The notes beneath the pieces are model-generated. The model saw only the letters and a list, made by a program, of their open reading frames with translations. It made no database searches and was not told the DNA's origin. Both the position numbers and the translations under genes were made by a program. From a virus, in the IMG/VR virus record IMGVR_UViG_3300001682_000633: a DNA stretch of 64,000 nucleotides; one strand, written 5' to 3'. This document shows positions 47,519 to 57,937 of the stretch, piece after piece. How positions within the stretch are numbered: position 1 is the stretch's first letter; every line of letters begins with the position of its first letter.

Positions 47519-48063
47519 ACTACGCGAAGATCCGCAACTATGACATCGCAAACGGAGAGGGAGTCCGCACCTCCCTCTTCGTAAGCGGATGCACGAATCA
47601 TTGCCCCGGCTGCTTTAATCCAGAGGAGCAGGATTTTAACTGTGGTAGGCCATTCACAAAGGAGACTATCGCAGAGATCCACGAAATGCTTGCCAACCCT
47701 GTTATCTCGGGGCTTTCTCTACTTGGCGGAGATCCGCTTTGTCAGGACTATGGCGGGATTTATGATCTCATTGATCTTTGTTTCTACACGCATTCAATCG
47801 GTAAAACCGTGTGGCTATGGACTGGGTTTATCTGGGAGGACTGCTACAATCCGCTTTTCCCGGACAAAGACGAGGATGATCACCAGTCTGCACAAATGGC
47901 TTTACTGACATCATGTGACGTTGTGGTTGACGGCCCCTTCAAAATGGAGCTGTCTGACCGGATGTTGAAATGGCGTGGTTCTGCAAATCAGCGGGTCATC
48001 GACGTACAGAAAACCTTGCGACAAAAGCAAATTGTCCTATACGAAGGTGAGCACTATGAATGA
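47515..48063 (+). CDS. nrdG: NrdD activating enzyme
   Basis: NGEGVRTSLFVSGCTNHCPGCFN, GGDP, WRGSANQR. Confidence 0.93.
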   Translation: MNYAKIRNYDIANGEGVRTSLFVSGCTNHCPGCFNPEEQDFNCGRPFTKETIAEIHEMLANPVISGLSLLGGDPLCQDYGGIYDLIDLCFYTHSIGKTVWLWTGFIWEDCYNPLFPDKDEDDHQSAQMALLTSCDVVVDGPFKMELSDRMLKWRGSANQRVIDVQKTLRQKQIVLYEGEHYE

Positions 48064-48379
48064 AAAGATCGAATTTCGCTGTCCCAAATGCGGGAAGCTC
48101 CTGGACGGTATTACGCTGGATTATCGGTTAGAGTGGCTATGTAGCAAATGTGCCAAGGATCAATCCGATGTTCTGCACTGCGAACGTGGATGTAAGGTTA
48201 AAGCCGTGGATCTGGACGCCGGGTTGAGCAGCGATTCCAAACAGGCTCATGAGCTTTTGACAGAAGGTCAGGTTTACGAGGTTGAAAAGATCCATGTCGG
48301 CGGTTGGCGCTCCTCTATCCGGCTCAAAGAGTTTCCCGGTAAAGAGTTTAACACCGTACACTTCATTCGTTACGAATAG
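48056..48379 (+). CDS. Hypothetical protein
   Basis: CPKC/CSKC, overlapping start. Confidence 0.6.
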   Translation: MNEKIEFRCPKCGKLLDGITLDYRLEWLCSKCAKDQSDVLHCERGCKVKAVDLDAGLSSDSKQAHELLTEGQVYEVEKIHVGGWRSSIRLKEFPGKEFNTVHFIRYE

Positions 48380-48387
48380 GAGGAAAT

Positions 48388-48894
48388 ATGGAAACTGTTG
48401 AAATTTTAGCAGGTGGCGAATTTGCCAATGCCGTAAAAAGTCTTGGCCTGACATCTGCCGTGTGTACTTACCATTATCAGCCTCAGCCTACGCATCGGCG
48501 TGAAGAATACCAAGTCTGGCTGTTGTCCAAAGAGGATTTTGACAATATCTGTGCTATCGACGACGATGACTGGAAGGACGATTGGGGCTGGTGGCGTCAC
48601 GCTGATGGTTCTAATCTGGGCACTGTTGACTGCGCCTATGTTATCAACGGCGAAAAGCTGATGGCGTGGGATGGTCTTCAGCGTAAAGAGTGGTGTCAGG
48701 ATTGCAGTGATTGCGCCGGCACCGAAAAGGACAAGGACGAATGCTTTCACAACCATCAGTACCCCGACATTCTCATCTATCTTTGCGATGAAATTGGGGC
48801 TTCTACCGAGCGCAATGTTTGCGCTTGCACGATTGACCTGGCACGGCAAAATAACCTAACCCTTGCAGAATTTTTCAAGAAATATCTCGGTTAA
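48388..48894 (+). CDS. Hypothetical protein
   Basis: AGGAGG RBS, 168 aa. Confidence 0.65.
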   Translation: METVEILAGGEFANAVKSLGLTSAVCTYHYQPQPTHRREEYQVWLLSKEDFDNICAIDDDDWKDDWGWWRHADGSNLGTVDCAYVINGEKLMAWDGLQRKEWCQDCSDCAGTEKDKDECFHNHQYPDILIYLCDEIGASTERNVCACTIDLARQNNLTLAEFFKKYLG

Positions 48895-48908
48895 GGAGGA
48901 TACCAACA

Positions 48909-49352
48909 ATGCAGGACGCACTGACAATCAAGGTTCGCTATCTCAGCGATAAAATTCAGCCTCTGGAGTATATCGACGGCAAATCCGACTGGATTGACCT
49001 TCGGGCTGCTGAGGATGTTGAGCTGAAGGCTGGCGACTTCAAGCTGATCCCTCTGGGAATTGCTATGCAGCTTCCCAAGGGCTATGAAGCCCATATCATT
49101 CCCCGTAGCTCCACCTTCAAGAACTTCGGTGTTATACAGGCCAACCATATGGGTATGGTGGATGAAAGCTATTGCGGCGACAACGACCAGTGGTTCTTCC
49201 CTGCCATCGCTATGCGAGATACCACCATTAAGGTCGGCGATCGTATCTGCCAGTTCCGCATTGACAAGCACCAGCCCCAGCTGTTTTTCGAGTCGGTCGA
49301 TACGTTGGGCAATGCTGATCGAGGCGGTATCGGGTCTACTGGGAAGAGGTGA
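48909..49352 (+). CDS. dut: Trimeric dUTPase
   Basis: [32 protein letters not shown]. Confidence 0.93.
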   Translation: MQDALTIKVRYLSDKIQPLEYIDGKSDWIDLRAAEDVELKAGDFKLIPLGIAMQLPKGYEAHIIPRSSTFKNFGVIQANHMGMVDESYCGDNDQWFFPAIAMRDTTIKVGDRICQFRIDKHQPQLFFESVDTLGNADRGGIGSTGKR

Positions 49353-49657
49353 GTAACGTGCCTCAACAGAAATATGTGAAAGGTTCTTTTCTTCTTGAGG
49401 AAAACGTTGACGATTCTAAAGCCTACTATGAGCAGCACAAGGCTAAGGTAGATGAAGTCATAGCTTGGGCGAACCAGTTGCACATCTATGTAGCTTTTGG
49501 TCTTTCAGCAGATCACACTTATTTGTGTGAATACGAAGTTTTCGGCCAGACCACACGGATGTGTAAGGGCGTCGCCTCTGAATTGAAAGCTATGCTTAAA
49601 CCTGAATGGAAAGGTGTTCACATGGGATATCAGGTTGAGGGGCACACGGTTCAATAA
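49349..49657 (+). CDS. Hypothetical protein
   Basis: 102 aa, coupled to dut. Confidence 0.6.
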   Translation: MSNVPQQKYVKGSFLLEENVDDSKAYYEQHKAKVDEVIAWANQLHIYVAFGLSADHTYLCEYEVFGQTTRMCKGVASELKAMLKPEWKGVHMGYQVEGHTVQ

Positions 49658-49660
49658 GGT

Positions 49661-50029
49661 ATGGTGATGATGATGGATGAGTTGAGACCATACAAAAAGG
49701 TAGTGCTCACAAACAGCTGTGCAGTTTGTGCTATATACGAGCCACACCCATTCCGTGATAGATCTGTCCGAGAGGCCATAGAACGGAGCGGGTATAAAAC
49801 GTCTGATAGCACAGGCGTAGCAAATGATGCGTGGTGCTGGGTTTATTACGACTGGTGTGGGAATCCTATTGGGCTATCTGAGGACGAACCTAATGGCACA
49901 GTTGTTGACAAGTTTACAGACGACAACTTGGGAAGCGATGATCTTGCTGAATATCTTAACCACGAAAATCAAGACGCAATCGACGCATGGTGGAAGCACC
50001 AAAACGTGAATGAAACACCAATTTCATAA
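49661..50029 (+). CDS. Hypothetical protein
   Basis: 122-aa ORF in gene chain. Confidence 0.6.
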   Translation: MVMMMDELRPYKKVVLTNSCAVCAIYEPHPFRDRSVREAIERSGYKTSDSTGVANDAWCWVYYDWCGNPIGLSEDEPNGTVVDKFTDDNLGSDDLAEYLNHENQDAIDAWWKHQNVNETPIS

Positions 50030-50120
50030 ATACTCAAAGAGGAGAATGATAAAACTTACACAAACCAAAAGCATATAAGTTCTGCCATCGGAAAGATCTT
50101 AGAAAAAAAATAGGCAAGAA

Positions 50121-51122
50121 GTGATAAACATGAATGATTATATCGGTTACTCAACCAATAAAGGCCATTGCGTTTGCGGTGATTCCATTGAGTTGCTGAG
50201 AATAATTGAAGATAATAGTGTAAACTTGATAATTACAAGTCCTCCTTTTGCTTTACAACGGGAAAAAGAATATGGGAATGTAAGTCAAGAAGAATATGTG
50301 AGCTGGCTTTGTAAATTCGGGGCACTGGCATATCAAAAATTATGTGATGATGGTAGCTTCGTGCTCGATATTGGTGGTGCATATGAAAAGGGACAACCAA
50401 CCTACAGCCTCTACCAATTCAGGACGCTTATCAAACTCTGCGATGAAATAGGGTTCCATCTTGCTCAACCGTTTTATTGGCACAACCCAAGTGCTCTTCC
50501 TACCCCCATTGAATGGGTCAATAAAAGGAAAATGAGAGCGAAGAACTCCGTAAATACAGTTTGGTGGCTGTGTAAGGCACCTTTTTGCAAGGCAAATGTA
50601 AGCCAAGTCTTATCTCCATATTCCGCGCGGATGAAAAAACTCATCAGTCATCCTGATGATTTTTTCAAAACAAACGATACTGTAAGACCCTCAGGCCATG
50701 TGCATAACAAAGCATCTTGGAGTAAAAACAACGGTGGATCTATCCCGTCCAATCTATTACAAATTTCAAATAGCGAAAGCAACAGTCAGTATCTGCGCTA
50801 TTGCAAGGCAGTTGGTGTAAAGGGGCATCCTGCAAGATTTCCCGCTGCATTGCCTGAGTTCTTTATCAAGTTCCTTACTGAAGAGAATGACTTGGTAATT
50901 GATATTTTTGGAGGGAGCAACACAACAGGTCATGTTGCTGAAAAACTTAATCGTCGGTGGATGACTTTTGAACTTTCACCAGAGTATGTTGCTACGTCTG
51001 TTTTTAGATTCTCCGCCGATGAAGAGTCCGCAAAAGATCAGTATGATTCCATTTGCCATGGTGCTCACATACAAATCAATGCGGGGTTTTTGTCTGCTCT
51101 TAAGGACGGTGGTAGCGCATGA
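50121..51122 (+). CDS. N4-cytosine DNA methyltransferase, M.PvuII-like (beta class)
   Basis: TSPPFALQREKEYGN, FYWHNPSALPTPIEWVNKRK, HPARFP, DIFGGSNTTG. Confidence 0.85.
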   Translation: MINMNDYIGYSTNKGHCVCGDSIELLRIIEDNSVNLIITSPPFALQREKEYGNVSQEEYVSWLCKFGALAYQKLCDDGSFVLDIGGAYEKGQPTYSLYQFRTLIKLCDEIGFHLAQPFYWHNPSALPTPIEWVNKRKMRAKNSVNTVWWLCKAPFCKANVSQVLSPYSARMKKLISHPDDFFKTNDTVRPSGHVHNKASWSKNNGGSIPSNLLQISNSESNSQYLRYCKAVGVKGHPARFPAALPEFFIKFLTEENDLVIDIFGGSNTTGHVAEKLNRRWMTFELSPEYVATSVFRFSADEESAKDQYDSICHGAHIQINAGFLSALKDGGSA

Positions 51123-51988
51123 GCCTTCTTCCTAATACGGTCGTCAATGGCGACTGTTTAGAAGTCATGAAGGAAATTAACGATGCGAGCATTGACATGA
51201 TCCTTTGTGATTTGCCTTATGGAGCGACCCAGAACTCATGGGACTCGGTTATCCCTCCTGCTCCGCTCTGGGAGCAGTATGAACGGATTATCAAACCGAA
51301 CGGCGCGATCCTGCTGTTCGGCCAGGATAAATTTACTGCTACCATGATGCTCTCTAACCCTAAGCTGCACCGCTACAATATCATCTGGGACAAGGTGCTA
51401 AAGAGCGGATTTCTCAACGCTAAGAAAATGCCGCTCAGAGAACACGAGGATATCATGGTGTTCTACAAATCTCCGCCGCCGTATCATCCGCAAATGACAG
51501 TTGGCGAGAAAAACCACACCAAGGGCAAGGCCGTGGGAAAACAGGCGGAAGACGTTCATTCTAACCGGAGCTATGGCAACTATACATTGGTAGAGTCGCC
51601 AGACGGTAACATGAAGTACCCAGCGTCAATTTGGCGCTTCCCTAAGCCCCATCCGTCCATAGCACTCCACGCCACTGAAAAACCCGTTGATCTGTTGCGC
51701 TACGCAATCCGTACTTACACTGACGAGGGTGCAATCGTCCTGGATAGCTGCTGTGGTACCGGTTCTACTCTTATTGCTGCCAAGCTGGAAGGGCGCAGAT
51801 ATATCGGGATTGACAATGGCGTGTGCGATAAGAAGAAAAGCCCTTACTATGGAATGCCTTGGGCGCAAGTAGCTCAAATCAGATTGGAGGCGATCGACCA
51901 TGAACCTGCCGATGAACCTGAACGACATCGACCTTTGGGAGAAGGGACTACTGAAGGGGTTTGCACTCCCTCTGGGGTTTCTGCCTGA
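51119..51988 (+). CDS. N6/N4 DNA methyltransferase (beta class)
   Basis: ILCDLPYG, HATEKP, LDSCCGTGST. Confidence 0.88.
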   Translation: MSLLPNTVVNGDCLEVMKEINDASIDMILCDLPYGATQNSWDSVIPPAPLWEQYERIIKPNGAILLFGQDKFTATMMLSNPKLHRYNIIWDKVLKSGFLNAKKMPLREHEDIMVFYKSPPPYHPQMTVGEKNHTKGKAVGKQAEDVHSNRSYGNYTLVESPDGNMKYPASIWRFPKPHPSIALHATEKPVDLLRYAIRTYTDEGAIVLDSCCGTGSTLIAAKLEGRRYIGIDNGVCDKKKSPYYGMPWAQVAQIRLEAIDHEPADEPERHRPLGEGTTEGVCTPSGVSA

Positions 51989-52448
51989 AGTCGGTGAAGT
52001 AGTGAACATTCTCGAACCGTTCAAAAGACTGACTATTTTTGAGCCGGTCGAAAAAGACGGAGAGACATCCGAAAAGAAAGTCACCGTGGGTATCATATAC
52101 CGCTCCGATGGCCTATGTGCTTGGGATGACAGCAGAGGTGTACCTAACGAGTATGACGAGGCTATCAAATGGAGTCCGGCCAGCCAGCTCCCGGAATATG
52201 CCATTCGGCGTAAGGCTACTGTCACCAAGTTCGAGTGTAAGCCGCTCCGATCCTTTACCGATGATGATATCAAACTTCTTCGGCTGGACTATGCTTCACA
52301 AGATAATCCCCAGCTTCTTATGGAGGAATATCTGCCCATCAAGAACTTTGAGTTGTTGTATGGCTGGTGGAAGCAGCACTATAAAGCGACCCTGAAAGAC
52401 TGCGACAATCCACAGGCCATTATCCTCCATCTTGTTTCAACAGACTGA
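51900..52448 (+). CDS. Hypothetical protein
   Basis: GGAGG RBS, 182 aa. Confidence 0.6.
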   Translation: MNLPMNLNDIDLWEKGLLKGFALPLGFLPEVGEVVNILEPFKRLTIFEPVEKDGETSEKKVTVGIIYRSDGLCAWDDSRGVPNEYDEAIKWSPASQLPEYAIRRKATVTKFECKPLRSFTDDDIKLLRLDYASQDNPQLLMEEYLPIKNFELLYGWWKQHYKATLKDCDNPQAIILHLVSTD

Positions 52449-52461
52449 CAACAAACTTCAT

Positions 52462-52542
52462 TAGCAACAAAGAAAATCACGGCTTCCCTCTTGACAAATT
52501 GGGAGGCCGTGATTATACTATGTATATAGCAACAAAGTAAAT
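52462..52542 (+). promoter_or_regulatory. Sigma-A promoter inside an inverted repeat, bracketed by two TAGCAACAAAG motifs
   Basis: TTGACA(52491)-17-TATACT(52514); AATCACGGCTTCCC/GGGAGGCCGTGATT; motifs at 52462 and 52527. Confidence 0.75.
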
Positions 52543-52570
52543 TATTCTATCCTTATAGGAGGACTGCCAA

Positions 52571-53023
52571 ATGAAAGTAGCTATGGTAAAGCATAAGCCC
52601 TATGGCAAGGTGTTCTGGTTCGAGATCCCTGAGCACCTTGTAGGCAAACTTCAGCCAGGAGTTCGCGTGGCCTGTAATACGGCGCGTGGCCGGCGGTATG
52701 GCACCGTTGTGGCTGCTGATCTTGACGAGCAGGATGTGAAAGAGGTTATGTTGGCCTCCGGCGCTACCTTCCCGCTCTCCACAATCGAAGCCACCACCCA
52801 GAAGGTGCTGATGAGCGCCATCAAAATACCGGAGTACATGGCCCGCACAAAGCCCAGCGATGAGAAGATCGCAAAGCGTTTTCTGGAGTTCTATCATACC
52901 GGCCAGTTCAATACCAATGTTGCCCTGGACAATAACGCCGTCTTGGTTGACGGCTATTCTGCCTATCTGGTGGCGCAAAAGGTTGGCCTCGTATTCCTCC
53001 CTGCAATCTACAAGGAGGTCTGA
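52571..53023 (+). CDS. Hypothetical protein
   Basis: AGGAGG RBS; LVDGY motif in C-terminal half. Confidence 0.65.
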   Translation: MKVAMVKHKPYGKVFWFEIPEHLVGKLQPGVRVACNTARGRRYGTVVAADLDEQDVKEVMLASGATFPLSTIEATTQKVLMSAIKIPEYMARTKPSDEKIAKRFLEFYHTGQFNTNVALDNNAVLVDGYSAYLVAQKVGLVFLPAIYKEV

Positions 53024-53026
53024 GGT

Positions 53027-53767
53027 ATGCCCGAATTTGTGAAGCCCACACGGAAGGTCGTCAAAATTGAAGATGCTTTTGGAGAGCTGATCGGCAAAAC
53101 GCTCGTAAAGGATCTTCATGACAACGAAGAGATTTGTCCTATTTGTCATGGTACCGGCCTCCGCATCGAAGATAATCCTTATGGGTTGTCTGACGACCCC
53201 GATAAGAGAGCCGGCCACTTCCCCTACAAGCACCAGTCTATCCGGTTCTGCCCGAACTGTTATAACGGTGTCGTACGTTATTGCCCCGACTGTGGAAAGC
53301 AGATTCCGAGGTACCGAACACTTTGCGACTGCGACGCCGTTGTGCAGCGCCGCCAGCAGGAAGAAAGCCGCAAAGAAAAAGAACGGCTCGAAAAAGCAGA
53401 AAAGCACGAGCCGGATGCGCTCGGGTCGTTGTTTATAATGGCACAAAGCGACTTTTACCCTCACAACGAAGGATATTTCAGCTGCTGGGAGGATTTCTTT
53501 GATAGCTGGAATGAAGATCGTGAAGAGTTCACGGAGAAGCCGCTGTACGTATGGGGAACCGAAGAGGTAGAGATGAGTTTCGATGCTTCAAGTATCGTAT
53601 CCAATGCCTGTGAGGATATGTATGAAGACGCCTATGATGACATTGGAGCAGACGCTGTTGCTGAGATGCAGCGCTACCTCAACGAATGGAAAGAGAAATA
53701 TGGGCGCACGTCCTATTTGCTGACTACCAAGCACGCTATCCGTATTCCTTGGGAGGAGATGAAATAA
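53027..53767 (+). CDS. Hypothetical protein with CxxCxGxG zinc motifs
   Basis: CPICHGTG, CPNC, CPDC. Confidence 0.65.
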   Translation: MPEFVKPTRKVVKIEDAFGELIGKTLVKDLHDNEEICPICHGTGLRIEDNPYGLSDDPDKRAGHFPYKHQSIRFCPNCYNGVVRYCPDCGKQIPRYRTLCDCDAVVQRRQQEESRKEKERLEKAEKHEPDALGSLFIMAQSDFYPHNEGYFSCWEDFFDSWNEDREEFTEKPLYVWGTEEVEMSFDASSIVSNACEDMYEDAYDDIGADAVAEMQRYLNEWKEKYGRTSYLLTTKHAIRIPWEEMK

Positions 53768-53769
53768 CA

Positions 53770-54630
53770 ATGGCAAAGAAAAACGACAGTCTGGGCGACC
53801 GCATGAAAGGCTATGAAGGTGTTTCTCGTAACTTCTTAACCCGCCGTGTGCCCGCAATCATCCGACTTGACGGTAAGGCGTTCCACACCTTCACGAAGGG
53901 CATGAAAAAGCCTTTCGATCCCGTACTGACTCAGGCTATGCAGGAGACGATGAAGTATCTCTGTGAGAACATCCAGGGCTGTGTGCTTGGTTATACTCAG
54001 TCCGATGAAATCACTCTGGTGCTGACAGACTATGCTACTATTCAGACCGACGCTTGGTTTGGCTACAACATTCAGAAAATGTGCAGTGTTTCGGCGTCGA
54101 TGGCAACCTTGGCCTTTAATAAGGCTTTTAATAAAGAAGTCGTGCAGTTCTTCTTGAGAAATGATATTGAAGATGCGCAACGCAATGGCGACACTTCTGA
54201 TAGAGCATTAGCAAGCGCTATTCTATACGCTAATTATGATGCTTCTCTTAAAAGAGGTGCCATGTTCGATTCCCGCGTTTTCTCCATTCCCAAGGAGGAG
54301 GTAGCAAACTGTCTGATCTGGCGGCAGCAGGACGCAACCCGAAACAGTATTGAGGCCGTAGGTCAGGCCAATTTCAGTCATCACGAGCTGCACAAAAAGA
54401 CCTGCAACATGATTCAGGAGATGCTTTGGTCTCAGCGAGGCATTAACTGGAACGATTTTCCCACAGAGCTGAAGCGCGGTTCCTGCTGCATTAAACGGCA
54501 GTTTGAAGAAACCATCGACGATCCTCGCAATCCCGGCCAGAAAATTACCGTACGCCGTAACAAATGGATCGTTGACCACGAAATTCCTATCTTCACTCAA
54601 GATCGTGAGTATGTGGAGGTGTGGCTATAA
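53770..54630 (+). CDS. Thg1-like protein (tRNA-His guanylyltransferase / 3'-5' polymerase)
   Basis: LGDRMKGYE, RLDGKAFHTFT, YTQSDEI, FDSR, WRQQDATRNSI. Confidence 0.9.
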   Translation: MAKKNDSLGDRMKGYEGVSRNFLTRRVPAIIRLDGKAFHTFTKGMKKPFDPVLTQAMQETMKYLCENIQGCVLGYTQSDEITLVLTDYATIQTDAWFGYNIQKMCSVSASMATLAFNKAFNKEVVQFFLRNDIEDAQRNGDTSDRALASAILYANYDASLKRGAMFDSRVFSIPKEEVANCLIWRQQDATRNSIEAVGQANFSHHELHKKTCNMIQEMLWSQRGINWNDFPTELKRGSCCIKRQFEETIDDPRNPGQKITVRRNKWIVDHEIPIFTQDREYVEVWL

Positions 54631-55388
54631 TGTCTGAGTCTCAGGAGGTAAGGGAGTACACCCCGGACGAATATTTCCATATTATCAAAGAACGCCGGCA
54701 AAACATTACTGATACCGATCTTCAGAAGATCTATGACAACTGTTTGGAGCTTCTGAATAAGTATCGTATTACCGGCCAGTCCAAAGGCGCACGCAAACTG
54801 CTATTCCATTTGGACTGTATTGAGAAAGAACGAGAGATCGTCGCTGCTGGTGTTGATGCTTTTATCTATCGTGACGATATTGAAGAGTATATCGACCATA
54901 TTGCCAAAGATGTCGTTAAAATTATCGAGCTTGAAAACTACGAGCGTGAAATCCCTGACGAAATCGTTCATGTCATCGAAGCAGTAGGCGGAAAATTCGA
55001 CAAGCTCTATGTACTGTTCACTGACTATACCGGTAGGACGGAGCGGCGTGTGGAGCGTGAAAAACGCAGTATTGATCCTATTCTGTTTGGAACATTCCAG
55101 GACGCCAAAAATCGTGCAGTTGTAGATCGCTTCTATTATTTGGGGGACTGGGAGGATGAGTATTGCGATCTAACGCTGGATAAGCTGGTTGGCGATGTAA
55201 AAAGCGCAAAACAGCGCGATATTACCCATACTATCAAAACTCCTCAGGATCTCGCAGAGCTAAGAGAACAGCTTGGACAGCTTCACCCCAATCCTTCTAT
55301 CCGTGATAACGCTGCAATCTATATCGCCACTCAGACACCTGCACCCAAGACCTTCTTTGCTAAGGTCAAATCCATCTTTTCAAAATGA
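54630..55388 (+). CDS. Conserved phage hypothetical protein
   Basis: IIELENYEREIPDE, DPILFG, DWEDEYCDLTLD. Confidence 0.7.
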   Translation: MSESQEVREYTPDEYFHIIKERRQNITDTDLQKIYDNCLELLNKYRITGQSKGARKLLFHLDCIEKEREIVAAGVDAFIYRDDIEEYIDHIAKDVVKIIELENYEREIPDEIVHVIEAVGGKFDKLYVLFTDYTGRTERRVEREKRSIDPILFGTFQDAKNRAVVDRFYYLGDWEDEYCDLTLDKLVGDVKSAKQRDITHTIKTPQDLAELREQLGQLHPNPSIRDNAAIYIATQTPAPKTFFAKVKSIFSK

Positions 55389-55798
55389 AGCGTAATGTCG
55401 ATTTGACGGAGCATAGGATTTTCTCCAATGGTTTCAGAGATATCCCTAACACTCTCGTCGATATCATGGGCATACACTTCCTCCCATGGGATTTTGAAAG
55501 AATACGCATTGTTACTTCCGATTACGAGTTGGATGAGCCTATCCCGCTCTTTCTCTGTGGCAATGCTACTCAGCGTCAAAAACTCAGAGAATGGAAGATG
55601 TATGAAAACGGTACAATTTGTGAGCGATGCGGAACTACAATCATAATCAAGCCTTGGGAAGAGTTTCGTGGTATGCTTTGCCATAAGTGCCAAATAGACC
55701 TTGATAAAGAGTTTGATCTAAAGTGGCGTTTTAAGAAAGAAGATCCGGTTACAACATCTCGTGATTTTCTTGTAACTGAAATGAACAGGAGGCTATAA
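55385..55798 (+). CDS. Hypothetical protein
   Basis: 137 aa with CxxC pairs. Confidence 0.6.
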   Translation: MKRNVDLTEHRIFSNGFRDIPNTLVDIMGIHFLPWDFERIRIVTSDYELDEPIPLFLCGNATQRQKLREWKMYENGTICERCGTTIIIKPWEEFRGMLCHKCQIDLDKEFDLKWRFKKEDPVTTSRDFLVTEMNRRL

Positions 55799-55800
55799 AA

Positions 55801-56115
55801 ATGTCCTATATCTACGACAATGATACGAAGCCCACTCTGAGCGACCCTCCGTACCTGCTGCAATTCATTTTGGCCGTGGTGCTGTCTGTGCTCTGCGGAG
55901 CGACCATCATGTTCATGTGGAACTGGTTCGTTGTTCCTCTCGGACTGCCCATGATTGGCCTGGTACAAGCGCTGGGGCTTGACACACTCATCACATTCAT
56001 TGTGACTACCAGAGTCAATACCAACCCCGACCCGTTCTGGGATCGTTGGATTACTGCTATCACCTACGCACTTCTTACACTGTTCATTGGGTGGTTGCTC
56101 CACCTTTTCATGTAA
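55801..56115 (+). CDS. Membrane protein
   Basis: Three hydrophobic segments. Confidence 0.7.
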   Translation: MSYIYDNDTKPTLSDPPYLLQFILAVVLSVLCGATIMFMWNWFVVPLGLPMIGLVQALGLDTLITFIVTTRVNTNPDPFWDRWITAITYALLTLFIGWLLHLFM

Positions 56116-56133
56116 CCCCAGGAGGATATCACA

Positions 56134-57099
56134 ATGGATGCACAAATAGTATTGACCCACACGGGTAAAATCTACTTCAACCGATCGCTCGGTTTGGAGT
56201 TTCTTACCGTGGGCGACTACGGCAAAGAAAACAACATCAAAGCCGATTTCCTCGGCTTAACCAAAAAGATTGAGGGCGTTCAGCACCACGATGTTGACCT
56301 TATGGACAAGTGGGTAGCGACTATCAGCAGCCAGAAGGGATGCCCCATGAAATGTACCTTCTGTGATGTTCATAAATACGGCTTCTTCGGGAATGCCTCT
56401 CTGCCTGATCTGGAATATCAAATCCGCTACATCATTGAACATGAGGATGTCCGTTTTACTAACCGTTTCAATGTCCACTATGCTCGCATGGGCGAGCCGA
56501 CTTGGAATCCTGCGGTGCTGGATTTTACCGAGTCTCGATTGGACGATCTGGCTAAAGAGTGTGGTCTTCACGCTGTTACCATCCATCCCGTAGTTTCCAC
56601 CATGATGCCTCGTAGCAATAACGACCTCCCCAGCTATTTGAAGCACTGGTGCAAAATCAAGAATACCCAGCGGAATGGTGAAGCTGGACTGCAGCTTAGT
56701 ATCAACAGCACTTCGGACGACCAGCGGGAAGTTCAGTTCGCCGGCAGATCCCTGAGCCTGAGAGAAATCGCTAATATCGCCAGCGATTTGCCTATGCCGG
56801 TTGGCAGAAAGTACACGTTGAACTTTGCTGTAACCGAAGCAACGATTTTGGACGCCAAAGTGCTCGACTCCCTCTTTGACCGCGATAAGTTTATCGTCAA
56901 GATTACCCCGATCCACCAAACCAAAGCCGCTCTGGAACACAACTACGATATCACTACCAGCTACGACGATTACAGTGTCTACGACAAATTCGAGCAGCCC
57001 TTACTTGATTTGGGCTGGGACGTAATCGTGTTTGTTCCCAGCAAGGAAGAGGATTCCGACCGCATTACCTGCGGCAACGCTCTTATTAGCGAGGTATAA
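56134..57099 (+). CDS. Radical SAM enzyme, RlmN/Cfr-like
   Basis: ISSQKGCPMKCTFC (CxxxCxxC), MGEP, LQLSINS, C-terminal TCG. Confidence 0.78.
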   Translation: MDAQIVLTHTGKIYFNRSLGLEFLTVGDYGKENNIKADFLGLTKKIEGVQHHDVDLMDKWVATISSQKGCPMKCTFCDVHKYGFFGNASLPDLEYQIRYIIEHEDVRFTNRFNVHYARMGEPTWNPAVLDFTESRLDDLAKECGLHAVTIHPVVSTMMPRSNNDLPSYLKHWCKIKNTQRNGEAGLQLSINSTSDDQREVQFAGRSLSLREIANIASDLPMPVGRKYTLNFAVTEATILDAKVLDSLFDRDKFIVKITPIHQTKAALEHNYDITTSYDDYSVYDKFEQPLLDLGWDVIVFVPSKEEDSDRITCGNALISEV

Positions 57100-57103
57100 C
57101 ACA

Positions 57104-57937
57104 ATGACTGAACAAGAAAAACTAATCAATGTTGATCTGTATGGTGACGGTAGCCGTAACTCGCGGCTTCGCGCAGAGTACATTTATTGCGATCATGCCG
57201 ATGTGTGTTCGGTATACAAGGAAGGAAAATGCTTCCGTAAAACGACACTATTTGGCGTTCGTTGTGAATTTGGCCGCATAGCCTGTGTTGATGGCGGCAC
57301 AAAGAAAACCAAGATGTACGGTCGTGTTTATAGCGAGGCCAAAGACTCTGAGCGATACCATAAGCTCTCTTACCCCAACAACACCTACATCGCAAAAATC
57401 GGCGACGGTGCTTTTCTCGCGCCACCCTATGTCAGAATCGAACGTGGCCCGGATTCCAGGCTATTCTGTCATGATCCTGGGTTCGGTTGCGATCGTCTCT
57501 TTGTCCCTATTGACGAGCTGACGCCAGACAATATCAATCGAATTTGCACCTACCATCCGCGTGCTATGCTTGGCGGAGAGATTAAGAGCTATCAGACAGA
57601 AACCATCCCGCTCTTTCTCCGCCAGTTGTCCAAATTGTTCCCGGAGCAGTACAACGCTTTCATCGCAGCGTTCCCGGATTATGAGCTGAAGGCTCCTGAT
57701 TATCGTGGGAAATATGCGAAGCTGTCAACCTGCAATCGTGAGCTAACCTATCGTGATGCTCATGGCAACTCTTTCCGTTTTGACGGCGATGAGTTGGTAT
57801 GTGACAAGTATCGGATTGGTGGGTTCATGCCGTTCTCATCCTCTGGTTACGCACAAATGCGTATTCCGGTAACAGATGATATGCAGGTAAAAATTACCGA
57901 CAGCAACCAAGTCACAGATCAAACCGTCCTTATGTAG
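57104..57937 (+). CDS. Hypothetical protein
   Basis: GAGG RBS, 277 aa. Confidence 0.7.
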   Translation: MTEQEKLINVDLYGDGSRNSRLRAEYIYCDHADVCSVYKEGKCFRKTTLFGVRCEFGRIACVDGGTKKTKMYGRVYSEAKDSERYHKLSYPNNTYIAKIGDGAFLAPPYVRIERGPDSRLFCHDPGFGCDRLFVPIDELTPDNINRICTYHPRAMLGGEIKSYQTETIPLFLRQLSKLFPEQYNAFIAAFPDYELKAPDYRGKYAKLSTCNRELTYRDAHGNSFRFDGDELVCDKYRIGGFMPFSSSGYAQMRIPVTDDMQVKITDSNQVTDQTVLM

